DNA from: Yuukianura sp. NJ FZ-2021
Taxonomy: Eukaryota
Reading direction: 5' to 3'
Assembly (NCBI GenBank): GCA_046563655.1
Contig: CM102285.1
Coordinates: 9,982,001 to 10,046,000, forward strand
DNA: 64,000 nt
Part shown: one piece after another, positions 22,001 through 35,200 of the stretch
How positions within the stretch are numbered: position 1 is the stretch's first letter
Layout: the number at the start of each line of letters is the position of its first letter
The notes under the pieces: model-generated
Told to the model about the DNA's origin: nothing
The model's database searches: none
The model's input: the letters and a program-made list of their open reading frames with translations, nothing else
Made by a program: the position numbers and the translations under genes

Positions 22001-23293
22001 TTTTGAATTATTTGTTGACCTAGTGCTAATTGACTCACTTGTAGATTTCTATCGACGAGCCAGTTGAGCTCAAAATCGTCATCGTCTTCTCCAAATGGAT
22101 TTAGTAGAGACTCGGCAACTTTTAGCCAGCCCATGTAAAATAGAAATTGAAGTACTGTAAATACTGGTACAAAGAGATCAAGTTCTTCTACACCGTATTT
22201 CCCCGGTTTTGCAGTCTCTGAAGTCCCGGAACGTACCCATTGTCTACCTAGAAATTAATTAATCGTTAATTTGTCCATTTTTCACTCCAGTACTAGCTTG
22301 GATTTGAAACCAACTAACCCATGATGCAGGAAAAGAAATAGGTATATACAGATAAGGTCACAACTTGTGTGTAGACGAGGGGGACGCTGATCCAGTCGAA
22401 ACTAAGCAGGAGAAAGCACTGATCTTTGACCTTGTTCATTTCGTCAATGATCGACTTCACAACAGCATCATTCTTGAGTATATTTTCTCTTCTGGCTCGC
22501 ATTACAATACTGGAGGCCCAAACAATTGGCACAAATTGGAATTCGTACTTTGGTAGATTCTCTTTAATTTCTTTGAGAATTTCACGTTCGCCCTCAATCA
22601 GCAAACCAGCTTCCAGGAGATGGTCCATCGTTGGAAATCGTTTTTTGACCCGTGGACATATTTGGACAAAACATTGACACACGGAGAGACAAACATAACG
22701 CATTATGGTCCTCCTAAGCATGCGTTCCTTGTCACCATTTCCGCAAATACTGGAATTGACCCAGATAGCCAGTGTGTCTATTCTTGGAATGTTTTTGTAT
22801 TGTTCCCACCACCTTCCTGCAAAGTGAAAGTTAGCATTGGGATTGTTCTTAAGTGTTTGCATTTTGAATCATCAGATGGATGAAATTGGATGACTCTGCT
22901 TCTGCGAGTGACGAATTTTTGTTCTTACCCATGACGAACGAGACCTAAAAAGAAGAGAATCATTCATTTTTTGCAAGGTTTCCAAAATTACATGAATTTT
23001 TTATTTGAATTTTTAAGGTTTGTGGAAAAACTTGCATAGAAGCCAAGGACGAAGGACACTGGGATGAGCGTTCCATATTTTTCGCAATAGATTGCAATCT
23101 TCTCAAAGATCCGTTGCTGATCATCGTCGAGTAGAACTCTGTAGGTAAAACTAAGGGAAAAATATGCAGACAAGAAGACAAATAGGTCAGGCCAAACTAA
23201 TTTATAAATACTTCCTTTCCACCGAAACAGGAGTTTGAGGAAACAGCCAAATCCTTTGGCATTGGCGACGTTTGCGGTATAGGAAACTGTCAT
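19056..23293 (-). CDS. Bestrophin Ca2+-activated anion channel, 5 coding exons
   Basis: Exons 23036-23293, 22929-22944, 22319-22816, 22039-22247 and 19056-19784. Motifs [77 protein letters not shown] and [15 protein letters not shown]. Confidence 0.95.
19800..20670 (-). mobile_element. Non-autonomous Helentron/DINE-1-like (HINE) element
   Basis: Perfect 13-bp subterminal inverted repeats AAGTAGCTTTAGC (19832-19844) and GCTAAAGCTACTT (20652-20664). A palindrome AAGTAGCT-AA-AGCTACTT sits at one end and a short stem-loop CGGTT-GTA-AACCG (19810-19822) at the other. It has internal GTCCGTC-containing tandem repeats, AT-rich ends and no TSD seen. The ends are approximate. Confidence 0.7.
20395..20630. 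repeat. Tandem repeat, ~6 copies of a ~35-44 bp unit
   Basis: Consensus approximately CCTATCTTATGGACATGACAGAGAACGYGATGACGGAC, inside the HINE-like element. Confidence 0.9.
20703..21918. mobile_element. Non-autonomous TIR element (MITE-like) with probable TA target duplication
   Basis: TA|CGGAAGCGTGAAAGGGACATT at 20701 matches AATGTCCCTTTTGCGCTTCCG|TA ending at 21920, giving 21-bp TIRs with 2 mismatches. Inverted subterminal repeats of the type TTCTCAAAACTGGG / CCCAGTTTTGAGAA are present. No transposase. Confidence 0.8.
20864..21290. mobile_element. Non-autonomous hAT-like element (427 bp) nested in the TIR element
   Basis: Termini CAGGGTTGCT... and ...AGCCACCCTG, with an exact 8-bp TSD CTTTCTTA (20856-20863 and 21291-21298). 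Subterminal TGATTT/AAATCA arrays occur at both ends. Confidence 0.88.
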
Positions 23294-24405
23294 TTTCACA
23301 CTCAAAATCCAACTGTCACGCAATTAAAAGTTAAGGCGGAACCTCTGTAACCATTGCGTGGAGTTCACAAGGTTAGCACGAACACAGTATGAACATGAAC
23401 ATAGGAAAATTATCTTCTACTTTTTCCATTGTGCTTTGTTGTTAGCCTCTGTCAGGATTTTATGAAGCAAAACGAAGAGGTTCCGCGCATTTTTTTTTGT
23501 TCTTGAAGATGCTTGGCTAGGCTCTTAGCGAGACAAATTTTCGCAAATTTGGAGATGTTGAGGTTGAGTCCTCCGTCGAAGGATTTAAACCACAAGTTTT
23601 TGCACTGACACAGCCTAAGGGGACAACTTTAAATGCTGCCTTGCTTTGACTTTGTACTTAACACTTCTGTCGTAACACATTCAGCATAATGAAGAAGGAG
23701 TTTAGAAACCTTAGGTTTTTGTTCACTGGGGTCGTAGAGGGGAAGATTTTTGCAAAGCTTGACTTTGACTCTGACTCACTGAGGACGAAGCTTCCACTTG
23801 CAATTGTTATCGACTTGGTTCCGCTCTGAAACTAGCGGTGTTCTTTTCGCGAATTCTGAGAACATAGGATGTGATTTTTGGGTTGTAAACTTCTCCAGCA
23901 GTTTTTGCGTCCAAAATTCTTGTAGCTATAGCCTATAACAACTAGCACAACTTTTTCTCAGCCTGGATGTACTAATGCGTTTGAAGTTTCAGATCAATAG
24001 TTTGATGTTTAAACCAAAAGCTACTGTAATATTGCTGTACTGAGCGCATCAGCTTCTTGAAATTGAAAGTGAAAATGTAGATTTGAAAATGAAATTCAGT
24101 TGACCAAAAGAGAGACAACGATGGACATAATGACATACTAATGGTTCTAACTACTTCTAGTCCTAATCATTCATTACTAATAGTTGTGTACTCATTCAAT
24201 AGAGAGATACGTTTAAGAACGTAATCTGCCGCTGTTTACTTAATATTCGATCTGTCTGTAATGTTTATGGATGGAGCGACAGCTTTTCCTTCAGCCTTTT
24301 CCGTCTCAATTCACGGAAACGATGATTTATTTTTGTATTTTTAGGATTTAAATTTCAACTGATATTTCGATTGACCTACTTCTAGGTTTCAATTGAGATT
24401 GACTC

Positions 24406-27400
24406 ATGACGACACTAGGAAATCAAATGGAATCTATGGTGAGCAGCATCAGCGCTAGAACAAGTCGTCTAGCAGCGGAAGGTGTTGGGGCAAGAGTTAT
24501 ACGCGGTCAAGACTGGAAATGGGGTGACAAAGAATTGGTCAAAAAATATCCGAGAAAAATTTGAGCACTATGTTTAATATGAATTTTATGAAATTTCAGG
24601 GAAGCAAGACGGGGGTGAAGGGCATGTTGGAACTGTGCGGAATTTCGAATCTCCTGAAGAAGTTGTTGTTGTATGGGACAATGGAACGGCTGCTAACTAT
24701 AGATGTTCAGTAGCGTTTGATTTACGGATTTTGGACAGCGCTCCGACAGGTCTGAATTTCGTTGGATTTATTAGCTCAAATGGAACACGAAATTGGTTTC
24801 GGCAGAAGTATTTATCCAAGATTTTGGATTTATTTCTGATTTAGGTGTCAAGCACGAGGGAACGATGTGTGACACTTGCCGACAACAACCGATATTTGGA
24901 ATCCGCTGGAAATGTGCAGAATGTCCAAATTATGATCTTTGTAGTGTTTGCTATCAGTGAGTTGAGAAAATTATTTGTAACGTTTGTCTTCAGTTTCGTG
25001 ATTATTGTAACTGGGAATGATTTACCTTTTCAGTGGTGACAAGCATTCTGTGCGACATCGTTTTTCCAGGATCACTACTCCCGACAGTGGGCGGTAGGAT
25101 TTCTATTAAAAAAATTCTGAATTAGTCTGATTTTCGTTTTGAGTTTTCTAATTCATATTTTTGAATTGAATTTTTCAGAGTTTTAGTTGATCCGAGACGA
25201 AAGACGAAGAAAATTCAAGTGAGGGGATTGTACCCAGGAGCAAGAGTTGTGCGTGGAGTGGACTGGCAATGGGAAGACCAAGATGGCGGGAACGGGCGTC
25301 GTGGAAAGTTGACTGAAATACAAGACTGGTCTGCTACGAGTCCAAGATCTGCAGCCTATGTCATTTGGGATACTGGTGCGAAGAACTTGTATCGATTGGG
25401 ATTTGAAGGAATGGTAAGAAAGTTTTGGAGTTTCTTATACAATTTCTTTCTTGGAATTTTTTTTAAACTGCTACAGATCTCATTTTAATATTTAGGCGGA
25501 TTTAAAAGTCGTAAGTGATGCCAAAGGAGGCTCGTTTTACCGCGATCACCTTCCACCGCTTGGAGGCGAGGCACCGAGAAATGCAACTCAGAGAATTCAA
25601 GTCGGAGATCAGGTAAAAGATTGTACAAGATTGTATTTTGCATTTTAATGAAAGTAAAACGTTCTAAAAAATATTGAATTTTGCTTTGAACTTAGGTGAA
25701 CATCGATTTAGAAATGGAAGTGGTTCAGAGTCTCCAGCATGGACATGGCGGATGGACAGACGGAATGTACGAATGTCTTGGCACTACGGGCACAGTGGTT
25801 GGGGTTGACGAAGATCGGGATATTGTTGTGGCGTATGCATCCGGAAACAGGTAGCAATATCCTAAAACATCTACACAATATTCTACTCAATAATATTCTG
25901 CGCCAGCCAATCCTTAACTTACAACTACAGTTAAGTATACGCAAACTAAACCCTGTTTTTCTCCAGATGGACTTTTAACCCTGCAGTGTTGACAAAAGTT
26001 TTGATTCCGGTTGGAGCAGTTGGCGGAGTTGGAGTGAACGATGCACATGCAGGAAATGACTCCGTAAACGAATTACGAGAATCCGCAAATGGATTTGCGG
26101 TAGGCGACGTGGTACAATGTTGCGCTGATTTGGAAAGAATGAAGATGTTGCAACGCGGACATGGAGAGTGGGCGGATGCTATGCTACCGGTAAGTATAAT
26201 TTTTGGAGTAATTCAATAATTTTAACAATTTATGGATGAAGTGAATCAATTGAATTGGAGAAGTTTGCGGAAAGAAATTCTAAGCTGATAATTTCTTTCA
26301 AGCGTAAGCATTATGCGATCTCCACACAAAAAATTGATAGATCTCTGAGTACCAAATGTCTTTCATTGAGTATCTCGTTCCCTGTCATACAAATTTTGAT
26401 CGAAATACGGAATTTCATATTGAAATTGTATGTTAGGATGTTTGTATCTAGAAAAATGTTTAATTTGAGATTTTGCATTTTCTTTTTTGGTTTTGTAGAC
26501 TCTTGGAAGAATTGGCAGGGTGCAACAAATTTATCACGACAATGACTTAAAAATTGAAGTCTGTGGAACTTGTTGGACTTACAATCCTTTGGCAGTGACT
26601 AAAGTTGCGTCTTCTGATGGCTCGCTTCCAGGATCTTCCAGTGGAGGTATGGAAAGTTGTTGTAAGAAAGAAGAGAAAGAATGTTTTAAAATCCATTTCT
26701 TTCCCTTTTTGGATTTTTCAATCTGTTTTGATTTTGTATAGCGGCTTACCCACCGACACTCACTTTTTTGTTTGATGTTTCAGAGCGCTTGAGTGCACTT
26801 TTGAAGAAGCTCTTTGAGACTCAAGTTACTGGAGATCTCAACGAGGAACTTGTAAAGATGGCTGCCAATGGGGATATCCAAAAATGTGAAGACGTAAGGA
26901 CGGAAACGCGAAACCAATTTTTCATTTTGAAAATTAAATGGCTCATTTTTCTGTTTGCTTCAGCATTTCCTTCTACATAAATCCTAAAAAACTGACCATC
27001 ATTTCCCTTTCCAAGCGTATTTAATAACGTGGGGGAAAACTTTTGCTTTCACTAACATCTAGAAATTCTAGAATGTTTGCCAAATCTCGGAGAATGTTGG
27101 AAAACAGAGTGAGCACAGTTGTATCCATTCTATTCAGCGTTCTTGCCGTTTCTCTTGCTGGATATAACGGAGTTCGTTTCGGTTTACTACAAATCCAGCT
27201 TCTCTTGTTGCTGTATTTCGCAATGTTGTTGACAGAATTTTAATATGAATATTTTTTTTTCAGCTTTTGTCCCGAGCGGAAGTGAATGCCAATGGAGTTT
27301 TCTCTGGACATACTGCTCTTCAAGTAATGTTCTGAATTACTTTCTCCGCAATTTCTCTACTCCTTATGAAGAATTCAGTTCTTAACATTCTTTTGACATT

Positions 27401-29213
27401 TTCAGGCTGCCAGTCAAAATGGACATGTGGAAGTAATACGGATTCTTCTGAGTCATGGAGCTGATCCTGAAATTGAAGACAGAGACGGAGACCGTGCTGT
27501 TGTAAGCGCCTAACGACTACTGCATTCTACTATTTCTATGTTGTCAAAGGGGAAACTGATTTTGAGTTTATGATAATGTGGACATTTAATTTAATTCCAG
27601 CACCATGCCGCTTTTGGTGATGAGCCAAGCGTTTTAGAAATCTTGTCACAACATGGCGCTGACCTCAATGCTCGAAACAAGAGACGTCAAACAGCCCTTC
27701 GTAAGTTTTTGTCTCAACGATCCCGTTAACATTTGTATTGAAGGTTTTGATATAAATTTTGAGAGATTTTTGTATTCTTGGCAGATATTGGAGTGAACAA
27801 AGGTCATATCGGAGTCGTGACGACGTTGCTTCGACTTGGGTGTCACCCTTCTCTTCAGGTATTCACATCATGATCAAATATTTATCTCCATCTTCTTCTT
27901 TGAACAAAATTTGGCGTTCTTTTTCCGGAGAAAACTTGAGGGAAAAGACAAGGAGCTTTCCATTTTCCCTTGTGATGCTTTTTTTTCGGTTGGGCAGCCA
28001 GTAATGCGGCTAAGTTCCTTTCTCTTATTGTATCTTTGGTTTCTACTCAAGAGAAACTGGAAGATAAAAGGAAAATGATTTAGGAAATTAACTAAAGAAT
28101 CGAATCAGATAATGAACTGTCTCTCTCTTCTCTTTTCCTTTCTTTTTGAGTCTCCAGTTCCTCAGAGAAAGTAAAATATTTACTTTTGTCTGTAGAATCA
28201 AGATGATGTATTAAGTTTTATTTTTCCACTCAAGTGCTGTACAATATTTCTCAACAGGACTTTCTCTTCATCTGTTCCAAGCAGAGGAAGAGAAAGTAGT
28301 GTCTCATTATCCTTAAAGCTAAAACCGACCTCATTTTTCTTTTATGATCTGAAAGCTTTTTTCTCCAGTACTGATACTGGACTTTCTCTTGTACATTTGG
28401 ATTTGATGTTGAGCGGATCAGATCCAATGGAGACGGGATAACGTGGGCTGGTTGCTCTTTCTCTGTCACAACTTAACCAATTCAACCTACAAAGCTCTTC
28501 TAAACCCGCAATAATGTATATACTTTCTCTTCCTGAGAGACTGAGAATTGTGGCCAGCAATTGAGCTCTCTTTTCTAGAGGCAGTTCTTTTAATTATTTA
28601 AGTTTATAAACGTTGTTAAGAGTTTGCAGAGTCCTAGCCTTGTCTAGGCTCCAGAAAACTCTAAGCATTAGGCGCATTCACATAAAATGGAAAGCTTTAG
28701 CTCTGGAACCCCTCCAGCAGAGTGATTAACTATTTCATCAAAAAGCCTCGTTAACTTGGTTTTTCTTTGATGTTAATTTTAATAGGATGCAGAGGGAGAC
28801 ACGTGCCTGCATGGTAAGATCCATACTTTTCGTTTTTTTAACGCAAATTCAAATTGGAAAAAAAAAGAAAGTTGGTGACAAGTTTTTCTGAGGCAAATTT
28901 TAAAATGACACCTTTAAAATACATTTAATATTAAGTATTTTGATGAGTTTTGTGTATGTGAAAGTTTTTTGAGAGATTGATTTCAATCTGCTTTAAAAAT
29001 TGTTATGGTGGTGATTTTTAAAATGAAATGGAGGAAGATGGACTAGTGAAAGTTGTAATTTGACGATTCTTTTGTGCCTTGTTTGTTAGATGCCATATCA
29101 AAGAAGCGTGATGACATGTTGGCTCTTTTGTTGGATCATAACGCTGACGTGACGCTGACCAATACGAATGGTTTCAATGCTCTACATCATGCGGCTCTCA
29201 GAGGAAATCCCAG
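24406..29213 (+). CDS. mib1: E3 ubiquitin ligase mind bomb 1, first 16 coding exons; 3' part not found in the window
   Basis: Exons 24406-24523, 24600-24749, 24845-24956, 25034-25093, 25179-25413, 25496-25612, 25696-25850, 25967-26189, 26499-26646, 26784-26893, 27264-27323, 27406-27501, 27601-27700, 27785-27858, 28786-28813 and 29090-29213. They encode Mib/HERC2 ([20 protein letters not shown]), a ZZ finger ([19 protein letters not shown]), a second Mib/HERC2, Mib repeats (QHGHGGW) and ankyrins ending [15 protein letters not shown]. The remaining ankyrins and RINGs are absent. Confidence 0.96.
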
Positions 29214-32200
29214 GTAAGATTAGTCCTTTGCTTTCCTTACTGTTTTCTCTTATTTTGGGATATTTTGGGCTTTTGGCTACTGATTCTCATTCCGGAGGGA
29301 GAAAATCCTTGGAGGACGCAGTCCTTGGTGTAGGTTGGAGAAAGCAAGGGAAGACGACGTAATCCTGGAGAATATCCCTTGCGCTTCTGTAAAACAAAGT
29401 ATTAGGGAACAAGGGATTTTGTACGTGCAAATGGTATGGGAAGCTCCTAGAATATTTTCTGGAAGGAGCCTGTGTCCGTGTGTGGGTGCGTCCAAGGAAT
29501 AAGCAGGGTTGACTTTCCCTTTGGTTTTCTTCCCGTCATGTGTTATGATGTACTGCTGGTGTCCCAGTTCAACCGAGCAGCGTAGTATCTACTTTCTTTC
29601 TTGGAGTTCTTGACCATAAGAAGGGAGAGAACCCTTGGAAAGTTAGAAAACATTAAGGAATGGGTGGGAGAAGACTATTTTGGAGTCGGGAAACTTTTCT
29701 ATCTTCTGACAATATCGCTCGGTTTGTGTAGTATAAAGGGAAAGTTTTTACACAAAGGGGATACAGAAGCCAATTTATTAAAGTTTTGTTGAGAACTTTG
29801 AAGGAAACAGAAATAAAAAGTTTGGGAGAAAGGCTTTTGAAAAGTATGATGTACAAAGACAACCATTGCTGCTGTGAAGAGGTCCTCGGTTGAGGTTGTG
29901 GATCTCTGGAGTCCAGATTCTGGTCGGAATGTTAATGTCAGTATTGGCCAAGATCGACTAAAGTTTGCTCTTTTTACGTAATCTCCTAGCATTTGGGGTT
30001 TTAAATGAATAGACTTTTTATTGATAGATAGTGCCATCACAAGGGATGAAGACTTTCACTGCAGAGAAAGCCTAGTGGCGTTTGTTAAGTTTTTGGTTGA
30101 TTTGTTTCCAACTTTTTTTTAGCAACTTCCTGCAACTCCCGGCAAAAAATGTAGTAAGTTGTCTGTTATGTTTTGGTCGTAAAAGGGCAATTTGATGGCA
30201 GGATCTTCGTGTTCCTTAGCTTTTGTCACTATTTTTCGGCTCTATTTGTAGCCTTATTTTATGCGTGTTTCAGAAATTTATTATCCATCCACTTTTGTTT
30301 ATGTGTAGCCATTGTATCCTTAGAATCTGACGTAAATATTGATTCCTGATTATTCTGCTTGGCGAAGGAAGACAGGGGAGAAAGTTTTGATTTCCAGGAT
30401 GGTGACATATGTTATTACTCCTCCCGCTGCTCCAGCCTAACCCTAACATGTTAGGTTAGGCAACCTAACGTAGTGCTCCTGCTGTCTCATCTTCTTTCTG
30501 GTACTAAACACGTTTCCTTTGCCTAAGCAAAATTTTCTCCTTTGCATGTCTCTCTCCGAGAGCCGCAAGATCTGTGTGAAATTTGTTGTAGAGTCTAAAT
30601 TCCCCGAATTCAGGACTTTTTGGGATGAAATTGGAGGAGATGCGTCTTCCGTTTTTGTTAGTATTTGACTAGGAAGTACGTGACAAGAGAAGTTCAGCTA
30701 GAAGGAGGACGCGGGGGCGAGAACAGACGAATATATGTATGTCTGAACTACAGCCAAATCGAATGTCACATTTTCTGGATACTGAAAACGAAGAATCAGA
30801 ACATGGGAGATGCTGTCTGTCACTGTAGCTCGTCAGAGGAAAGTTATGCCAAGGCTGGGGAAAGTCGCAAAAATTTCTCGGAGGGAAAACAAAAGTTGAG
30901 TTTTTTAAAACTTTTAAATCTTTGAATTTCATGGTTTTCAATGAGGAACTTATTTGAAATATGCGGTTTCTTTTTATCTAAAAGATGATTTGGCGGACTT
31001 GTGTTTTGTACTACGTAGGTAGTTTATATTGAAGTTGGGTTTAGGTTTGATTTTGCAAACCGAAAATCTGCCCAGAATTTTATGAAAATCGGCATGCGAA
31101 GTTCGGATTGGTTGGTTAGGGATTTCGAAACGTTTTGAATTTCAGGTCATGCTGAGATGTGTAGTTAACGAGCCTGCGTGGAAACGAATGTAAAATTTCC
31201 ATCCTTCTCTTCTTGGTGAAAGTCTTGGAGTGAGAAATTGAAGTGAAAGTCTCAGGATGGTGTTTTTAATTAAGAAATAACTTTTGTTTTATAAAGGATT
31301 GGTGTAAAATTAAGGACAATTCCGGGGCGGGGAAAGTTTTGTTAAAGTTAAATTACATTTCGCTCTTTAATTCAGTTTTCACTAGAAAACTATAGCTATC
31401 ACTACAGAGATTGTGTCTGATGTCTGTTTGCATGTCCGTCCGTCGGCGATATCTCGCAGCACAGTACTAAAAAAAAACTAGTTCTTATTTGCCTTAATTT
31501 GAAAAAAAAGACGAGGATTTTAAAAGTTTCACTTGGAAAAAGTTACACTGTGCTAAAACTGTTTGGGACTTGAGTTAAAATTATATATCAACTCTCAGAA
31601 AGAAAAAATTGAAAATGCATTCTGGCCTACACATTTTCTTTAAAGGTCATCCATATTTGAATTTCCGGACCATGAAAAATGGTTAGGGTTAGGTTAATGT
31701 CAATAGTAGTTTACTATGTAATTTGTTCCCGCTTCTCTGTTTCTGCCTCAAGTTGTGACGGTGTATTTGGGTTTTAATTTAATTTTAGGAAGTCCTCTTC
31801 TCATTGGAATGAAAATTTTCTCTTTTGTAGTCCAATTTAAGTTGGATTTTGAAGTGCTTAAATTTTGAATAACAATGACTTTAACCTCAACGGAGACACC
31901 ATTGGTTGGAACAACAAGAAATTTGTCCCCGAGAACAATAGAATTGACAAAGGACGAAGGAAATGGGGAATGGCTCTTTACGTCTAGTTAAACCAAGACA
32001 AAGCGAAGATGATCACAGGGGAAACGAAGAAGCTTTCTTCTTCTTGTTGGCCAGAAAGTTTTCCTTTTTGGGGTGCTTTCATTGGATTTAGAGTTGTTTT
32101 CCCTTTTTGGATTTATCCGCCTACTTTCATCTTTTCTGTGGTCCATTTCTGCTTTTGTCCCAATTTGCAATAGTAAGTGAAAGCATAGAAAGTTTTGGAG

Positions 32201-35200
32201 GATAGGCCTCTTCGGCTTTTGTCTCTCTGTCGTTACCAAGCATTACTCAAATTCTTATATTTATTAACAACTGACAAGCCCAATGTAAGGAGAGAAACTT
32301 TTGGAGAAAGTTGAGATGAAATACGACAAGTAATCAGAACAAGGGTTTTCCGAATTGCGAAACTTTGTTGAATGGAACTAATTTAAGATGTATTTTTATA
32401 GAGAAAGTTTGTGTTGGGAACAGATTTTTAGTGAGTAACAGTTTTAAACCTAAGGAAAGTTTCAAACTTGTGCTAACCGTTAGTAATTGGAGGTTATTGA
32501 ACATTTATTAAATTTTGCAAAAGCAAAAGGGTTTAGGCTGCTAAAGGGGGAGGAGGCTACGGTGAAAACTAAAGTTTCGTGTCACTTTTTGGTTGATTTT
32601 TTTGTGGGGTCAAAAGTTGAGTGAAAGGCGCTTCCTTTTATTAATTAGAAACTTTGTGTGGTTTTGGTTTGAGAGTTTTGAAAGGGGGAAGTGGTTCCAT
32701 TATGTTAGGTTAGGTTTTAAGTTAGGTTTTGTTGCGTAGATGGGAACGTGTCAGTCAAAAGTAAGCGACAAGGAGAAAGTCACTTCTGGTTTTGGCGGGA
32801 AAGTGAATTGGGTGCTGGGGTTTCGGCTAGACTAAATTCAACTGATGACAAAAGTGAAGAGGAGTCAAAGGGCACATGAAATGAAGACGATTCGCAATTT
32901 ATTTCTTGGGTAGCATGCTCAAATTGTGAGAAAAATGAAACTTTTTTGGTCAATTTAAAAAATTCATCTAACTTCCTTTTCTGGCAGTTAGAGTAAACCC
33001 GGTTTGTTGATCAAATGTCAAAACCAAGTTGGACGTTGACGTAAGCGTCACAGATTTGAACTTTAGATGTTTTAGGTAGAGCCATTTTTCGTGATGCGGA
33101 ATTCTGATGATGGATTTGAGTTTCAGAAATGAACTGCTGAAACTATTTGTCTTCATTAGGAAAATTTCTACTTTTCATTTTCATATTCAACCTCATCTCC
33201 TTCTCTAGAAATTTCTCTAAGCAAGGAAGGGCGGTAGCCTGCGTTTCCAGCCCCATATTTCTTCCTGTTAAATACAATTCTAAGGGAATTACTCGTCAAT
33301 CAAGATTTGAATTTAGATATATGTGAGCACTCAAAATAGGTTTTCTCTGTGAGCCTGCTGGGGAAAAGTAAAATGGAATATTGGAAGAAAGTGGATGCAG
33401 AAGAGTCAAGGGAAAGCAGAGCGAAGCTGTAATAATAACGATGGCTTTTTCCTTCTACTTTTCTCTTATTCTTTTTTCAAGGATTATCGGGCGTTACTTC
33501 CCCCTTTGTATCCGGCTAGGAGACGCCTACACCCGTTCTGCGTGATAGAAAATCCATTACCCGCTTTTTTGATTGTTACTTGTTTTTCTATTTCCTATTT
33601 CTTGTGTGAGCAGCAGCAGCGGTTCTTCCTCTGCTGTCTAAATCCTGTTTGAAAGCGTCAACTGAAGTTGATGGAACCTAGGAAGTCGAAGAAGCTACGT
33701 CTTTTAACGAAGTGTAAGAGACAGGGCTACTTAGATGGATGGATTCAGTTTCGTTTGTTACTAGGGTAGTTCTGGAGTGGAGAAAACAGGAAACTTAAGA
33801 AGTGCTTGGCAAAGTGTCTGGAAGATGCGTCCACTAAGTTGTAGCCGGTCTAGAGTGATTGTTATAGGCGTGGTGTTGATTTAACGTGAGATGGGTTTGA
33901 ACACTTAATAAGCTGTCTACTTAATAAGGTGGTGGTGTAATCGCTATGCAAATTACAAATTTAACATTCTAAGATCGTCTCGGAAAATCAACGCAAACCG
34001 GCAAATCCTACTTGAGCTAGTTTTTTTTTCATTATTCCGGAATCGACTGAATTGATCTGAACTCTGACCTGATTAATGCCTCGTTCGATTTTTTGGAACT
34101 CACGACGTGGTTGAATAGAATGTGTTTGATCAATTCAAAATTGAACAAATAATCTCTGCTTGATTTCCTGGTAGCGAATGAGTAACCTGTTTTCGGTGAA
34201 AGTTGCAGAACTTTTTTTCTGTGGCACACGACTTGGTTTCAAAGAACCCTGCTACAGTTGAACTTTTAATAATTTTGTTGTAAACTGAATTTCAAAATTT
34301 TGGACTTTGGATTTTGAGCTAGGTTGGCTTCGAAAGCGTGACGACAGGAATAGGAAGAAACCGGGGATTTTTCAAACTCTTTTTTTCCGTTGCGAGAATC
34401 TTTGGACTTTGTGATCTCTGATCCCTGACGTTTACGCTCCAATTTCAGAAAGTTGATGAGTTATGATTACATTTTCTTTCAGAGTCTCTAGTGTTCTGGG
34501 TTACTAACAAAAGCAAAAAAAAAACGAAGATTTAGTAGACGGACGACCATATAACTCTTTGAATGATATTTGCCTGTCACGAACCTTAACTTTATTTTCC
34601 TACGAGAAAAGAGAAAGTGGTTGACATAGTTTGGTTGGATTTTTATTTTTACTCTTTTTTAATTTAATTTTTTCAACTTTTGATTTTTTTTTGTGCATAT
34701 ATTCTAAATTTTCTCATGGATTTCAATTTTAAGAGTCCTTTTTGCATAGAAATTGAGCCCATGAGTGCATGTAGAGTAATACTTCTGCTCACAGTCCTAG
34801 AATACTCTTATTACTATAATTCTAATTCTGGATTCTGGAATTCTAATTTGGGATTTGAATTTCATACTCTGCTGTGGGATGGAATAATTTTCTACATTTT
34901 GTCAAGCTCATACTACTGTGGCGCTAAATCTGGAGTGAGTAGAGTAGCTAGGAATAGAAATGTACAGTTTTATACTAACTGCAGAGGAGAAAGTGAGTTG
35001 GGTGTGTTTAGTAAATTTGCATTGCGTTTTGCGTAATATGTTATTTTGAGTTAGGTACTAGATCAATCTGAGTATTATGCCTGAACAATTTAACATTGTG
35101 ATTCGGCTGCTCGTGATTTTAAGGACCAAATGGAAATTGTTTTAAAGTTTGTTTCAAATTCGAGTTGATAAAATGCTATAAGTTTGTGTAATTAAAAACT

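Noticed and set aside
23340..23900. Open frames upstream of bestrophin
   Set aside because: No homology recognised and no consistent exon chain. More likely 5' UTR or promoter sequence.
1..29213. U12-type (AT-AC / GTATCCTT) introns
   Set aside because: The junctions I reconstructed were GT-AG apart from one GC-AG, and no convincing U12 donor lay at an exon boundary.
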